Of a DNA stretch of 40,274 nucleotides, positions 1-11,935 are shown in pieces. The first letter of the stretch is position 1, and every line of letters begins with the position of its first letter. The notes beneath the pieces are model-generated. The model saw only the letters and a list, made by a program, of their open reading frames with translations. It was not told where the DNA came from and did no database searches. The position numbers and the translations under genes were made by a program. The DNA comes from Octopus bimaculoides (Eukaryota): contig NC_069004.1 of the NCBI RefSeq assembly GCF_001194135.2, forward strand, positions 34,626,597 to 34,666,870, given 5' to 3'.

Positions 1-18
1 ATATATATATATATATAT

Positions 19-59
<41 letters not shown>

Positions 60-76
60 TATATATATATATATAT

Positions 77-141
<65 letters not shown>

Positions 142-230
142 CAAACACATGTATATATATATATATATATACACACACACTTATATATACATACATAGAT
201 ACATAGATACAGACAGACACACACACACAA
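1..230. repeat. Compound (TA)n/(CA)n microsatellite
   Basis: Alternating TA and CA dinucleotide runs, seen directly. Confidence 0.95.
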
Positions 231-607
231 ATATATACGTATGTATACACGTGTGTTTGTGTGTAAGCAAGTATTGGTGCTGCCAGCAACGGGTGTGGTG
301 GAATGAAGAGGACTTCCACTGACATCGTAAAAAGTCGTTATAAACCAATTATAACGACTTTCTCCACGGAATTCTCATCACGTGACCAATGAGCCAAAAT
401 GGCCGTCCCTTGATAAAAGAAAATCTAACGAAAGAGAATGGAAATAGAACAAGAACAACAACAAATGCAGCATTTACGCCTCTTTTTCGTTTCTCTTCCT
501 GATATCTTGTTTTTCCTCTTTGTCTTCCTCCATCATTATCATCATCTACTTAGATTTCTCATTTCTTTGTTTCTTCATTTCCTTGTTACTTTTAGCGCTG
601 TTGCTGC

Positions 608-785
608 TGCCTCTACTACTACCACTACCACCACCGTCACCACCACTATTACTACTACCACTACCACTACTACCACCACCACCACTACTACCACTACTAC
701 CACTACTACCACCACCACCACCACTACTACCACTATCACTACCACTACTACCACTACTACTACCACCACTGCTGCTGCTGCTGCA
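608..785. repeat. (ACT/ACC)n trinucleotide tract
   Basis: Mixed ACT/ACC triplets. This tract explains the poly-Thr, poly-Val and Leu/Pro ORFs at 438-804. Confidence 0.95.
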
Positions 786-1492
786 ATTCTTACTTAGGTA
801 TTAATAACTAAAATCAAACAAGAATAATAAAAGCGAATAAAAATGTAACGAAGAAGAAAAAGAAAAGACCAAAAAAAAGAAGGAAAAAGAAAAAATAGAA
901 AAGAAAAAGAAAGAAAAGGAAAAGAAAAATCGAGTAGGAAAAGTCGAGAAGAATGGTGTAGAATGATGATGATGATGATGATGATGGTGATGATGATGGG
1001 GGGGGGTGGTGATGAGGACGAGGAAGCGCAACAAGAACTGCATTAGTGTTTCTAAGGTTAAGGGGAGGAAATAAAAGAACAAGAGCAACACGCATAACAA
1101 CAACAACAACATCAAATGCTTATATCCAACATTAAAAAAAAAACAAAATAAAACCCAACGAAATCTATTTTATGGTTTTAATGGAGATTTTAATAAAATC
1201 NNNNNNNNNNNNNNNNNNNNNNNNNNNNNNNNNNNNNNNNNNNNNNNNNNNNNNNNNNNNNNNNNNNNNNNNNNNNNNNNNNNNNNNNNNNNNNNNNNNN
1301 NNNNNNNNNNNNNNNNNNNNNNNNNNNNNNNNNNNNNNNNNNNNNNNNNNNNNNNNNNNNNNNNNNNNNNNNNNNNNNNNNNNNNNNNNNNNNNNNNNNN
1401 NNNNNNNNNNNNNNNNNNNNNNNNNNNNNNNNNNNNNNNNNNNNNNNNNNNNNNNNNNNNNNNNNNNNNNNNNNNNNNNNNNNNNNNNNNNN

Positions 1493-1541
<49 letters not shown>

Positions 1542-2520
1542 TACATACATACATGTATTGTATTACATACATACATATACACGCTGACATATACAAATAT
1601 GTATAAACACAAATACACATACATATATATGTATATACACACACATATATCCAACGCAAATATATATAACGTACACGTATTAAATATGTGTGTATATCAT
1701 ATATATGTGTGTGTGTATTATATATATGTATACACACACACACACAAATGATTATACGCAAATATATATGTAGATATATGTATGACTATATATTTGTATA
1801 CGTGTTTAAATATTTAAATATACGTGTGTGTAGATAAAGACCCACAAATATACACGTATATACAACGTCTATACGTGTATATTCTTTGTGTGCATAAATG
1901 CATATTGTTGCTGAGTGCGTGTGTGTGTGTGTGTTGGCATATTTAGATGGACACACGTTGTGCACATAAGCATATGGCATTCACGGAAACCGAAGTTTTG
2001 CGAACCACAAACGCAATCAGAATCTTTGTGTTGTCAGAACCACATGCGTTCTCTCTAGGGGTTATGTCTACAAAATTGGATTTAAGAAGCAAGATTAAAT
2101 ATAAATTATTGCGTAGAACATATGTCATTCTAGTTGATGTTGTGTAGTTTCTCTTTCGCCTTGCTCAACTTTAATCCGACAGTCACATGTTCAAAACCAT
2201 TCCAGCTATGATCTCTCTCTTTAGAAATATTTAGGAAACGTTATCTAATTTATCCTCCCGCTTTTTAAGATACTAGTCTGTGGTTTTAGGAGGGAATATT
2301 TGGCTATTATTTCTAATATATCGAATGTACTCTAGGGGCAGAAGCTGCAGTAGTCGTTATTCGTTGAATATCTTCCATTTCTCACTGAGAACGATTATCT
2401 TTGAACGATAAATTACAAACCAGTGAAGTAGTAAAGTTGATTAAATTGACGAAGATATCATTTTGAAATTCTGATGGCTCGTTACTAAGCGAGAACAGAC
2501 AAAATATGCTATTATTTTGA

Positions 2521-2675
2521 TGTGAATTAACCGAATCAGTGGAGCATCGGGAAGAAAGTTTAGCGTGTTTGTTTCGGCTCTTTACGTTCTGAGTTCAAAT
2601 CTCGCCGAAGTCAACTTAACCTTTCATTTCCAAGGGATCGATACAATAAAATACCTTATTAGGGATCAATACAGT
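2521..2675 (+). mobile_element. tRNA-derived SINE, family A (degraded)
   Basis: Pol III B-box GAGTTCAAATC at 2591-2601, followed by the CGCCGAAGTCAAC..CCTTTCAT segment shared with the copies at 14490, 32985 and 38886. Confidence 0.75.
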
Positions 2676-2716
2676 CCCCATGTGATAAAAGTAACAAGTT
2701 TTAAATATTTACCCTT

Positions 2717-2910
2717 TTTTCTTTTCCTTGTTTCAGTCATTAAACTGCGGCCATGCTGGGGCACCACCATGAAGAATATTAGTCGAATGAATCGTTTCTA
2801 GTACATTCATTAATTTTTTTGAAGTTCAGTACTTATTCTATCAGTCATTTTTGCCGAACTGCAATGTTACGGGAACGCAAACATACCAACAGCGGTCAAG
2901 CAGTGATTTC

Positions 2911-2943
<33 letters not shown>

Positions 2944-3110
2944 AACACACACACACATGACGGGCTTCTTTCAGTTTCCGTCTACCAAATCAACTCATAA
3001 GGCTTTGGTCGGCCAGACGACACTTGCTCGAAGTGCGACGCAGTGGGACTGAACCCAGAACCATGTGATTAGGCAGAAAACTTATTACTGTACAACGACA
3101 CTTGCGCCTG
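2717..3110 (-). mobile_element. tRNA-derived SINE, family D, with internal (CA)n; near full length
   Basis: Reverse complement of the copy at 3166-3512: GTTCAGTCCCACTG head, GACGGAAACTGAAAGAAGCCCG middle, CAGCATGGCCGCAG..GACTGAAACAAG tail. Confidence 0.85.
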
Positions 3111-3165
3111 TGTGTATATATATNNNNNNNNNNNNNNNNNNNNNNNNNNNNNNNNNNNNNNNNNN

Positions 3166-3512
3166 GGCTATGTGGTAAGTAGTTTGCTTTCCAACCACAT
3201 GGTTCCGGGTTCAGTCCCACTGTGTGGCATCTTGGGCAAGTGTCTTCTACTATAGCCTCAAGCCGACCAAAACCTTGAGTGGATTTGACAGACGGAAACT
3301 GAAAGAAGCCGGTCGTATATATATGTGTGTGTGTGTGTGTGTGTTTGTCCCCTCCCCCATCACTTGGCAACCGATGTTGGAGCGTTTAAGTCCCCGTAAC
3401 TTTGCCGTTCGACAATAGAGACCGGTAGAATAAGCACTAGGCTTAGAAAGTCGATTTGTTCGACTAAAGGCAGTGCTCCAGCATGGCCGCAATCAAGATG
3501 GCTGAAACAAAA
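3166..3512 (+). mobile_element. tRNA-derived SINE, family D, with internal (TG)n; near full length
   Basis: GGCTATGTGGTAAG A-box-like start, GGTTCAGTCCC B-box-like motif, central microsatellite and CCAGCATGGCCGC tail. Homologous to other copies in the window. Confidence 0.9.
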
Positions 3513-4097
3513 TATACATTATTTGCGTGTGTATATATATGTATGCCTGTATGTGTCTGAGTGTGTATATGTGAATGACAGTGTGGAGCTTCGATGAAAA
3601 GAGGTGGGGGGGAAGGGCTACCAGACGAGAGACGGTAATGGTTATCTTCCACTTCCTGTTATGACGACTCGATGACGTCACTGTAAACTATACGAATAGG
3701 GAACAGGAGGGGGTTTGGATCGGGAGGGGAATCGTGAACTCAGTTTAGGGTGGCGACTGAGGGTGGGGAAGGGGGGTTCGTTCGGGGACTTAGAAAGAAA
3801 CTCTGGCTTATTCGAGCGGCAACAATTAAAATAACTCTGATTTGCTTAATCACTAAGTATAGGGGGGGGANNNNNNNNNNNNNNNNNNNNNNNNNNNNNN
3901 NNNNNNNNNNNNNNNNNNNNNNNNNNNNNNNNNNNNNNNNNNNNNNNNNNNNNNNNNNNNNNNNNNNNNNNNNNNNNNNNNNNNNNNNNNNNNNNNNNNN
4001 NNNNNNNNNNNNNNNNNNNNNNNNNNNNNNNNNNNNNNNNNNNNNNNNNNNNNNNNNNNNNNNNNNNNNNNNNNNNNNNNNNNNNNNNNNNNNNNNN

Positions 4098-4227
4098 GAG
4101 TGAGAGGGAGAGGGGAGAGGAAAGAAGATGGAGAAGTATTTGGAGAGAGAAGAAGAAGCAGAGTATGAGAGAGGGGGAGAGAGAGAGAAGTGAAAAGGGA
4201 GAAAGAGAGAGATTTAAGGAGAAAGAA

Positions 4228-4268
<41 letters not shown>

Positions 4269-5080
4269 AATGAAGGCTGATATAAAGAGTGGAAGAGAGG
4301 GAGAGGTAGAGATAGATAGAAGTAGAGAGAGAGAGAGAGAGGGAGGTTAGGAGAGGCTTAGAGAGAGTAACAGAGAAAAACAGGAGAAGAAAGACTGAGG
4401 GAGGCTGAGAGAGAGAGAGAGACGGAGAAAGAGAGTGAGGTAGTGAGAGATAAGTTGAATAGAAGTATAGAATGCTGAGAGAGAGAGAGAGAGAGAGGGT
4501 GAAAGAGAGAATGAAAGAGAGAGAGAGAGGGTGAAAGAGAGAGAGGGGGTGAAAGAGGGGGTGAAAGAGAGAGTGAAAGAGAGAGTGAAAGAGAGAGAGT
4601 GTGTGTGTGTAGTGGTGGTCGTAGGAAGAAAAGATTAAAAGAGAGGGAGAGAGTGATAAAGAAAATAGAAAATGTTGAGGAAAACTTACGAAACTTTTGG
4701 TGAGAGAAGAGAAGAGAATAAAAGAGATTAAGGGAGGAAGAATGATAGGGGAATAAGAGTGGGAGAGGTTTAGGGAGAGGAGAGAGAGAGAGAGAGTAAA
4801 AGAGAAGGAACGGAGAGAAAGAGGGGGCAAGAGGAGAAAGTGACATGAACACAGATAGAGGAGGCAGAGGGATAGAGAGAAGCGAGAGAAAGAGAGGGAG
4901 AGCTGGTGAGAAGAATGACCCCCAAAGTAAAGAAGGAAGAGGCTTGAAAAAGAAAGCGAGAGAGAGAAAGAGAGGGGGAGAGAAAGAAAGAGGGACAGAC
5001 AGATCGAAAGAGGGATGTTGGAAGAAAAGGGAGGAGGGAGATGTAGAGATAAAAGAGAGATGCAAAGATAGAATGGAGCG
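4098..5080. repeat. ~1-kb purine-rich (GA)n low-complexity tract
   Basis: Almost entirely G/A on the plus strand. This tract is the source of the Leu/Ser ORFs at 3853-5355. Confidence 0.95.
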
Positions 5081-5127
5081 ATGTCTGGGACGGACAGTTT
5101 GGAGTCGCTTCGTGTATATTTATTGAT

Positions 5128-5170
<43 letters not shown>

Positions 5171-7200
5171 TTACTTCTGTTTGTGTATGCATGCGTGCGT
5201 GAGCGCAATATATTATATAATATGATATATATGTATAGAAACACACACACACACACACACATACGTATACTCAAATAATTGCACACATCCACGCGCAAAG
5301 GCGTGCATATGTAAATTATATCAGAAGGTGATCGGAGTGTATCGATGAAAAACAAATATAAATATATATATATATATAAATATATAAAAATGTATACATA
5401 AATAATGAACTAAATATAATAAAAGAAAATAAGGCAGTTTTAATAATAATAATTTCTTTTATCATAGCCACAAGGGCGACGGACGAGGAGTACATTAGAA
5501 GGGAGAAATATTAATAATAATAATAATAATAAACGACGGTGAAAAAAAAAGCGCATGTATAAACAACGAAATAATAGCTTATGAAGCAAATGTATTTTAT
5601 ATGTCGAAGATTTCCAGCGATAAAGCCCTTTATATATGTGTGTGCATGAATAGTTGCTGACATGATTGTTTTAGCGGTGTCCTACCCCTTCATTCCCCCA
5701 CCACCAGAGACTAAGCCGAACTCACTGTAGAAAAATGGCGACTTGCACTTACAGCATTTTACGCTGCTTTTGGAGAGTTTTTTTTTTCCAGGACCTTTAC
5801 AAGAAAAAGCCGGTCTCTTTGCAGTGAGTCCTCGCATTACACAATTTCTCCCCATCCAGCCACTTCCATACCCGTGCTTACGCCGCCACCATGTCATCTC
5901 GCAACCATGCTATCTCGCCACCTCGCTATCTCGCCATCTCCCCGGCTCTCCTCATCTTTTTCTTGTTTGACTATTTGTTCTTCCAGTCCGTCCCCTGCAT
6001 TTTTGCAATCCGATTCTAAAATTCACCCAAGCCATCCTGAACTAGAAGCTCTCTCAATACCCGTTCCCCACCACATATTGTCAGACGAACGTAAACACGC
6101 ACACACACAAATTGTTAAATACGCATAGATTTAAAGACAGACACAACTATGCAAACAATTACACACACATACGCGCGCGCGTGTATATATATATACACCC
6201 GCAAGCATGCACATAAGAAAAGCTGACACGCAGAATTTCAAAAACACACAACCGTACAACAATATACACACCCATTCATAAACAAACAGTACACACATGT
6301 ACACATACAATTGCACATTTTCACACACAGACACGTACGTTTGCACCTACAAACATACACATGCACAAAGGCAAAGAGACAGTCTAAAAATCCCATACAA
6401 CTGCACTCACAGATACACACGTATGTGCATATACACGCACAACTTGTTCCTATTTAAAAAAAAAAAACAAGACATACATTAGAATAGAGCAAATGAATAA
6501 ACGAAAATATTCCCAGCATCGATCGAAGCCACATAGATTCCCAAAATCTCAAACACCCCACAACATCACCACCTCACCCCCACCCACTNNNNNNNNNNNN
6601 NNNNNNNNNNNNNNNNNNNNNNNNNNNNNNNNNNNNNNNNNNNNNNNNNNNNNNNNNNNNNNNNNNNNNNNNNNNNNNNNNNNNNNNNNNNNNNNNNNNN
6701 NNNNNNNNNNNNNNNNNNNNNNNNNNNNNNNNNNNNNNNNNNNNNNNNNTGAAATGCCTACTAAATCCCTGCCTGAACCGAACCAACTACCCAACCATCT
6801 ACACAAACAACCACTCAAATAATAACCACCCCATCAACTACCCACCCACCTTCATACCCAAACGACCCGGCTCCTGACCCATCCAAGCAAACAGCTTCAA
6901 AATCCTTCTATCGAGACCCATTTAAGTCATTTTTTTTGTATTTCTTATTTCTTTCTTTTCGAATATATTTTGTTTTGTTTTGTTTCAAGATTTTTGAGAA
7001 ATATTTTTGTTATCGACTCACACATAGAAACACATACATATATATATAGATATATACATATACATACACACATGTATGTATATGAGTGAGTATATACATA
7101 CATATGAGTATGTATACGAGTATGTATAAATGCATATATATATATATATATACATATACATACATGCATACATATATATATTCATATATATAAACATATT

Positions 7201-7231
<31 letters not shown>

Positions 7232-7329
7232 TTATATAAACACACACATATACATATATATACAAGCGATAAATTTATATATGTGACATACATGTGCGAT
7301 AAATTCTGTGTATGCATACATACATACAT

Positions 7330-7385
<56 letters not shown>

Positions 7386-8087
7386 ATATATATATATATT
7401 TAGTATTTTATCTTGGCAAGCTGTGCCATCAGAACTCCGTTCCATTCTCTTTAAACTTCAAAACTATGAAACTGTCATCAAAAGATTTATCAGACAACAT
7501 AACATGCCCCACTTCCCAATCTATACACACACACATACATAAACGCACACATACATGCATAATCACTTAGAAGTTATTTGACAGATTATGTACTATGAGG
7601 CGGGAGATGGCTGGTGACATCAGTTCATACATATATCATATATTCACACACGCATACATACATATACATATCTATATGTATGCATGTGAGTGGGTGTGAG
7701 AGTGTACATAAATATATACATATATAGACATACACAATAAAAGTAATACCATGGTCTCTTTCTCTCTCTCTCTCTCTCTCCTGCAATTTCTCTTTAAATA
7801 TTATTATTATTATTACACCCATTTATGACACAACTATAAATAAATGTACGTTGTCAACGAAGCATGTTTTTTTTTTCTATTCAGTGGTGAGAAAGTTATG
7901 GATTTTCATATTCTACACAATACAGGCTGTTGGAATAACCGTGTTGTTAGGTTCGCCTCGCAACAATGTCTAGTACCGTGGGTATGTGTTTGCTTCCATT
8001 ACCGTGGCACTATTATGTATGCATACAAATGTGCATATGTGTTTGTGCGTATATATATATATATATGAGAGAGAGAGAGGAGAAATG

Positions 8088-8125
<38 letters not shown>

Positions 8126-8269
8126 AAATGGATCGCATTAAAATGCAATACGCTCCTTCTCGGAACAGAGATTACTAGATCTTTCTATATCTACACACAC
8201 ACAGACACAAATTCATATATCTATATAAATATAACTATTTGGACTTCAGGTGTATGTCTGTCTGTATGT

Positions 8270-8560
8270 CGATTAAAGCACGTTCTTGCTGGGTTACCTG
8301 ATGTCATCCACAGTTACGACAGAAGTTTCACTGGATCTACGTCAGGAAATCCGCAGTGTTCGTTGATGAAGGAAATGGAAGATGGATTTAGCAACCATGT
8401 ACAACGAGAGCGAGAACAACATGCAGAGGACAACTCGGTATATCTTGTGGGATTTCTCCTTCTTTTCATACCAAACGCCTGAAAGGAACAAAGCCTACAC
8501 TGATTGATGTAACAGAACAATATGCACAATATCTTAACCCTAAGGGACAGCTGCAGGATG
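8270..8560 (+). mobile_element. Highly degraded R4/Dong-like LINE fragment (CCHC region to RLE endonuclease region)
   Basis: Across frameshifts the order is LKHVLAG .. FHW .. RW .. ILWDF .. TLIDVT. This matches the order H-I-x-A-G-C .. HW .. W .. ILWDF .. LID in R4-clade ORFs. Stops and frameshifts are present. Confidence 0.45.
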
Positions 8561-8934
8561 GACTGAAACGATTGCAGTTTTGAATACAGATTCGTATTAA
8601 ATAGCCATCTTCCGTTTCTTTAATCAACTCTCTCTCTCTCTCTCTCTCTCTCTCGCTCATTATATATATATATATATATATTAGGGACAAAATCCAAAAT
8701 TACAGGTAAAAAATCAATTAAAATCAATTTATAAAAAATCAAAATTAAATTGAGCTTTATAGATTAAAATATATATAAAATATATAGTTTTAGGGAAAAT
8801 AACCAAATTTCAAGAACTCATCGATGAAAATCCACTATCACATATAGAAAGATTAATAATTAAAAGCACAATAAATGAGTATAATATAAAACAAAGTAAA
8901 TATCATAAGATAAAGATAATAAGATGACTATACA

Positions 8935-8970
8935 TGACGGGCTTTTCTCAGTTTCCGTGTATCAAATACG
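8935..8970 (-). mobile_element. SINE family D middle fragment
   Basis: ATGACGGGCTTTTCTCAGTTTCCGTGTATCAAAT matches 2958-2990. Confidence 0.6.
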
Positions 8971-9429
8971 TGCATATATGATTTCTATAGTGTTGTGTGC
9001 ACGTTTTCAGTGCTGCAGTCTCAAACAGAGATTTCGAAGAATATTTTTCAAATTTCCACTAAAACACCCATTTTATTTGAAAAAAGCAAATGAATTCGTT
9101 TTTTTCTTTTTTTTATATTTCCTTTCTCAGAATTCCAACATTTCTAGATCTGCATGCTAATTCCTTACCACTTATCCCAGCGCAACTTTGACAACAGATC
9201 CAAATTAAAATCAATAACGTCGATATAACAACCATAAATGCTTCCTTTTTAATAAATCTTCTCCTTACCCGCACCCCCAATATTTCAGCCAGCGTTTAAA
9301 TATGCTACATTGCAGGTACCCCCACCCCAACAGTACCCTGTTTCGTGTCTTGTAAAACAAATGCTCCACAGCTTTTACACCGGATTGCTGTTTATATTGG
9401 AATGTTCTACCTGTATTAATTATTTCTAA

Positions 9430-9745
9430 AGGCACATTCTGGTTTTAGCTCTGGTGTGGCTATGATATGGCCGTCAGGACAGTCCTCTCTGCGTATAACG
9501 TTGTAGACGGTCTTAATATCGAAGTCGTATCTATGAGAAGCTTGTAGCAAGCAGGCATCGCTTGCGATGATATGTACCATGTCTTCCACATTGGTAGGAC
9601 AAAGTCAACATTTTCTATCACAAAGTGGAGGTTTAGTGACATTCTTTTCACTCTTGCAAATGCTATCTCTGCGTTTTGAAAGCGTAGCCTTCAATATCAG
9701 GGGTGATGCATCTATAACAGTGGCGAGTGAGTTGACCTTTCCTCT
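9430..9745 (-). mobile_element. Degraded RLE-type (R4/Dong-like) LINE fragment, zinc-knuckle region
   Basis: Minus-strand translation ITPDIEGYAFKTQ / CDRKC*LCPTNVEDMVHIIAS..KTVYNVIRR. It resembles the EGY(I)FAIQ..C-x2-C-x7-H-x4-C region upstream of the RLE domain. One stop and one frameshift. Confidence 0.75.
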
Positions 9746-9789
9746 TATTGTTAGTGTTTGTCAATAGTACATATGTAAAAATTGTTTGT

Positions 9790-9844
<55 letters not shown>

Positions 9845-10920
9845 TAGCTATAGATATGAACAAGCAGATAAAGAGGCAGATAGATAGATAGATAGCAGAC
9901 AGACAGATGCACGGACGAATGTAATTCATGTATGTATGTCCACTGTGCGTGTTTGTGTTCTGTGTTCGTGTATAGTAGTATAACGTACTCAATATTTTTA
10001 GATATCAACTAAATCTGTTTACATTGCACCCTACAATAAACTATTATATATGAGGAACTAAAGGCGAGACAATGTTTTGGTAATTGTTTGGTAATTACTT
10101 CAAAGTTAGTGAATGCGGGTGAGGAATTTCTTCAAAATGAAAGCAGTCTTTGGTCTTTGAGGCCTTATATTGATTTCTAATAGAAGCACCAGAACAGAAG
10201 TTTTGGTGGTTGAGAATGGTTTATATCGACTCCAATAATTCATTGATACTTTGTTTGATCGACCTCAAATAGTGAGAAGCTGAAATATTGTGGCAATCAT
10301 CTCGCTACGAAAAGCTTTCTATATTTTTACTGAAATAGACGCCCTCGTTTGCGTATCCTTTGGGCTTACTTAAAATGCCACAATTTTGGCATTGATGATG
10401 AGATGTAGTAACGCTTACACTTTTCCCAAAAGACGCCAAAATTGACGAAGATTGAAAATAAAAACCATCCTTAAATTAAAGAATATTTGAGGCTTGTCAA
10501 AATGAATTAAAATTTTCCTGAATTAAATCTTAATTACTCTAATTGATGTGAAAGTTGTAGCTGGTTTTGGTGATGATTGCAATCGGTGTATGGCAGTCGG
10601 AAGATCGAGAACTTTGTCTTCTGCATCCGGCGCACCAATNNNNNNNNNNGGGGGGGGGGAGTATTTTAACTCGGAGTAGAATAAAAGCAGAGTTCGATTT
10701 AGTGGCGACTGTTTCCTTAATTTACGGCGCTGAGATCAAATCCCAACACATTGTTAAGTACGAAACACAGACACACAAACGCATATACGCACAAAGACAT
10801 AAAATATATATATAGCCATGCATGCACGTGCGAGTGTAAGCTTAACTTTATCGATGATTTTAATCGGCTGTAAAGTCATATCACTTACATTCACACACGT
10901 GTGTTTATATTTTCTTGTTC

Positions 10921-10966
10921 TTTTTACTTGTTTCTGTCATTAGACTGGGGTCATGCTGGGGCACCG
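10921..10966 (-). mobile_element. SINE family D 3' tail fragment
   Basis: Reverse complement is CGGTGCCCCAGCATGACCCCAGTCTAATGACAGAAACAAGTAAAAA. Confidence 0.65.
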
Positions 10967-10968
10967 AA

Positions 10969-11012
<44 letters not shown>

Positions 11013-11739
11013 GGGGGGGGAATGTGTTTCCGTATCCGCTGCCATTGCATGCTCGTTCTTGTAATCAATATTAAGCTCTCTCTCCCTATATATATATATA
11101 TCTATTCATACATACGTACATATATTTCACACATACGTCTGTGTGTATGTGTGTCCATTCCTACACAACCATATATATGTATATAAATATACACAGACAT
11201 AATATATGCCTGTGTATTTGAATGCGCACATTAATACGCTGTGAGCGCGCGCGTATTCACACGCGCGTGTGAACGTATATATAGACATGCATGCACGCAC
11301 ACACACACACACACACTTTCAAACACACCAGCAAATATAAATGGTTTTGATGTCCTTTCAAGGAGATAATGTGTTTAAATAAAATAAAAATAAACATTTT
11401 ATTTATTTATTGTTTTATTGCTGTTGTTGGTATTATTATTATTATTGTTATTATTATTATTATGACTGTTGTTATAGTTGTTGTTGTTGATGATGATGAT
11501 GATGTTCATATTTTGAAAGCGATGCAGATTTAGTTGGGCGTATGAAATAGTTTAGTTTACCGTAATATATTTTATTGAGGCTGCGAGGAGAGAACTGACC
11601 TAGCACTGCGCTGTGTGTTGGTGTCGGGGCCGTGAGAGAGAGAGAGGGGGGGGAGATGTGAATCAGAATCTGCGGTGCCCGTTTGTGGGAGAGAGAAAGC
11701 ACGAAGACACAAAAGTGACAGAGAAGCATGGAGACAATG

Positions 11740-11935
11740 AGAGAGGTGACAGAGAGAGGGAGAGAAGAGGATGACAGACAGACACGGTTAGAGAGACGGG
11801 AGAGAGAGAGAGAGAGAGAGAGAGGGGAGGAAACAAAGGGAGAAAGAAAGGGATAGAAAATAGAGGAAGAGAGAGATATGAAAAAGAGATAGGGACAGAC
11901 AGAGAGACAGAGGGATTCAGAGAGAGGGGGCGAAA
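11740..11935. repeat. (GA)-rich low-complexity tract
   Basis: Purine-rich GA/GACA run, seen directly. Confidence 0.9.

Noticed and set aside
438-1115. Poly-Thr, poly-Val, poly-His and Phe-rich ORFs (mucin-like appearance)
   Set aside because: Fully explained by ACT/ACC, GAT and A-rich simple repeats. No splice or domain support.
3853-5355. 500-aa minus-strand ORF, the longest in the track
   Set aside because: Translation of a GA tract plus an N-gap. Stops are absent because of base composition.
10560-10640. Protein-like minus-strand frame IGAPDAEDKVLDLPTAIHRLQSSPKP
   Set aside because: Truncated by a gap, with only a weak donor and no recognisable homology.
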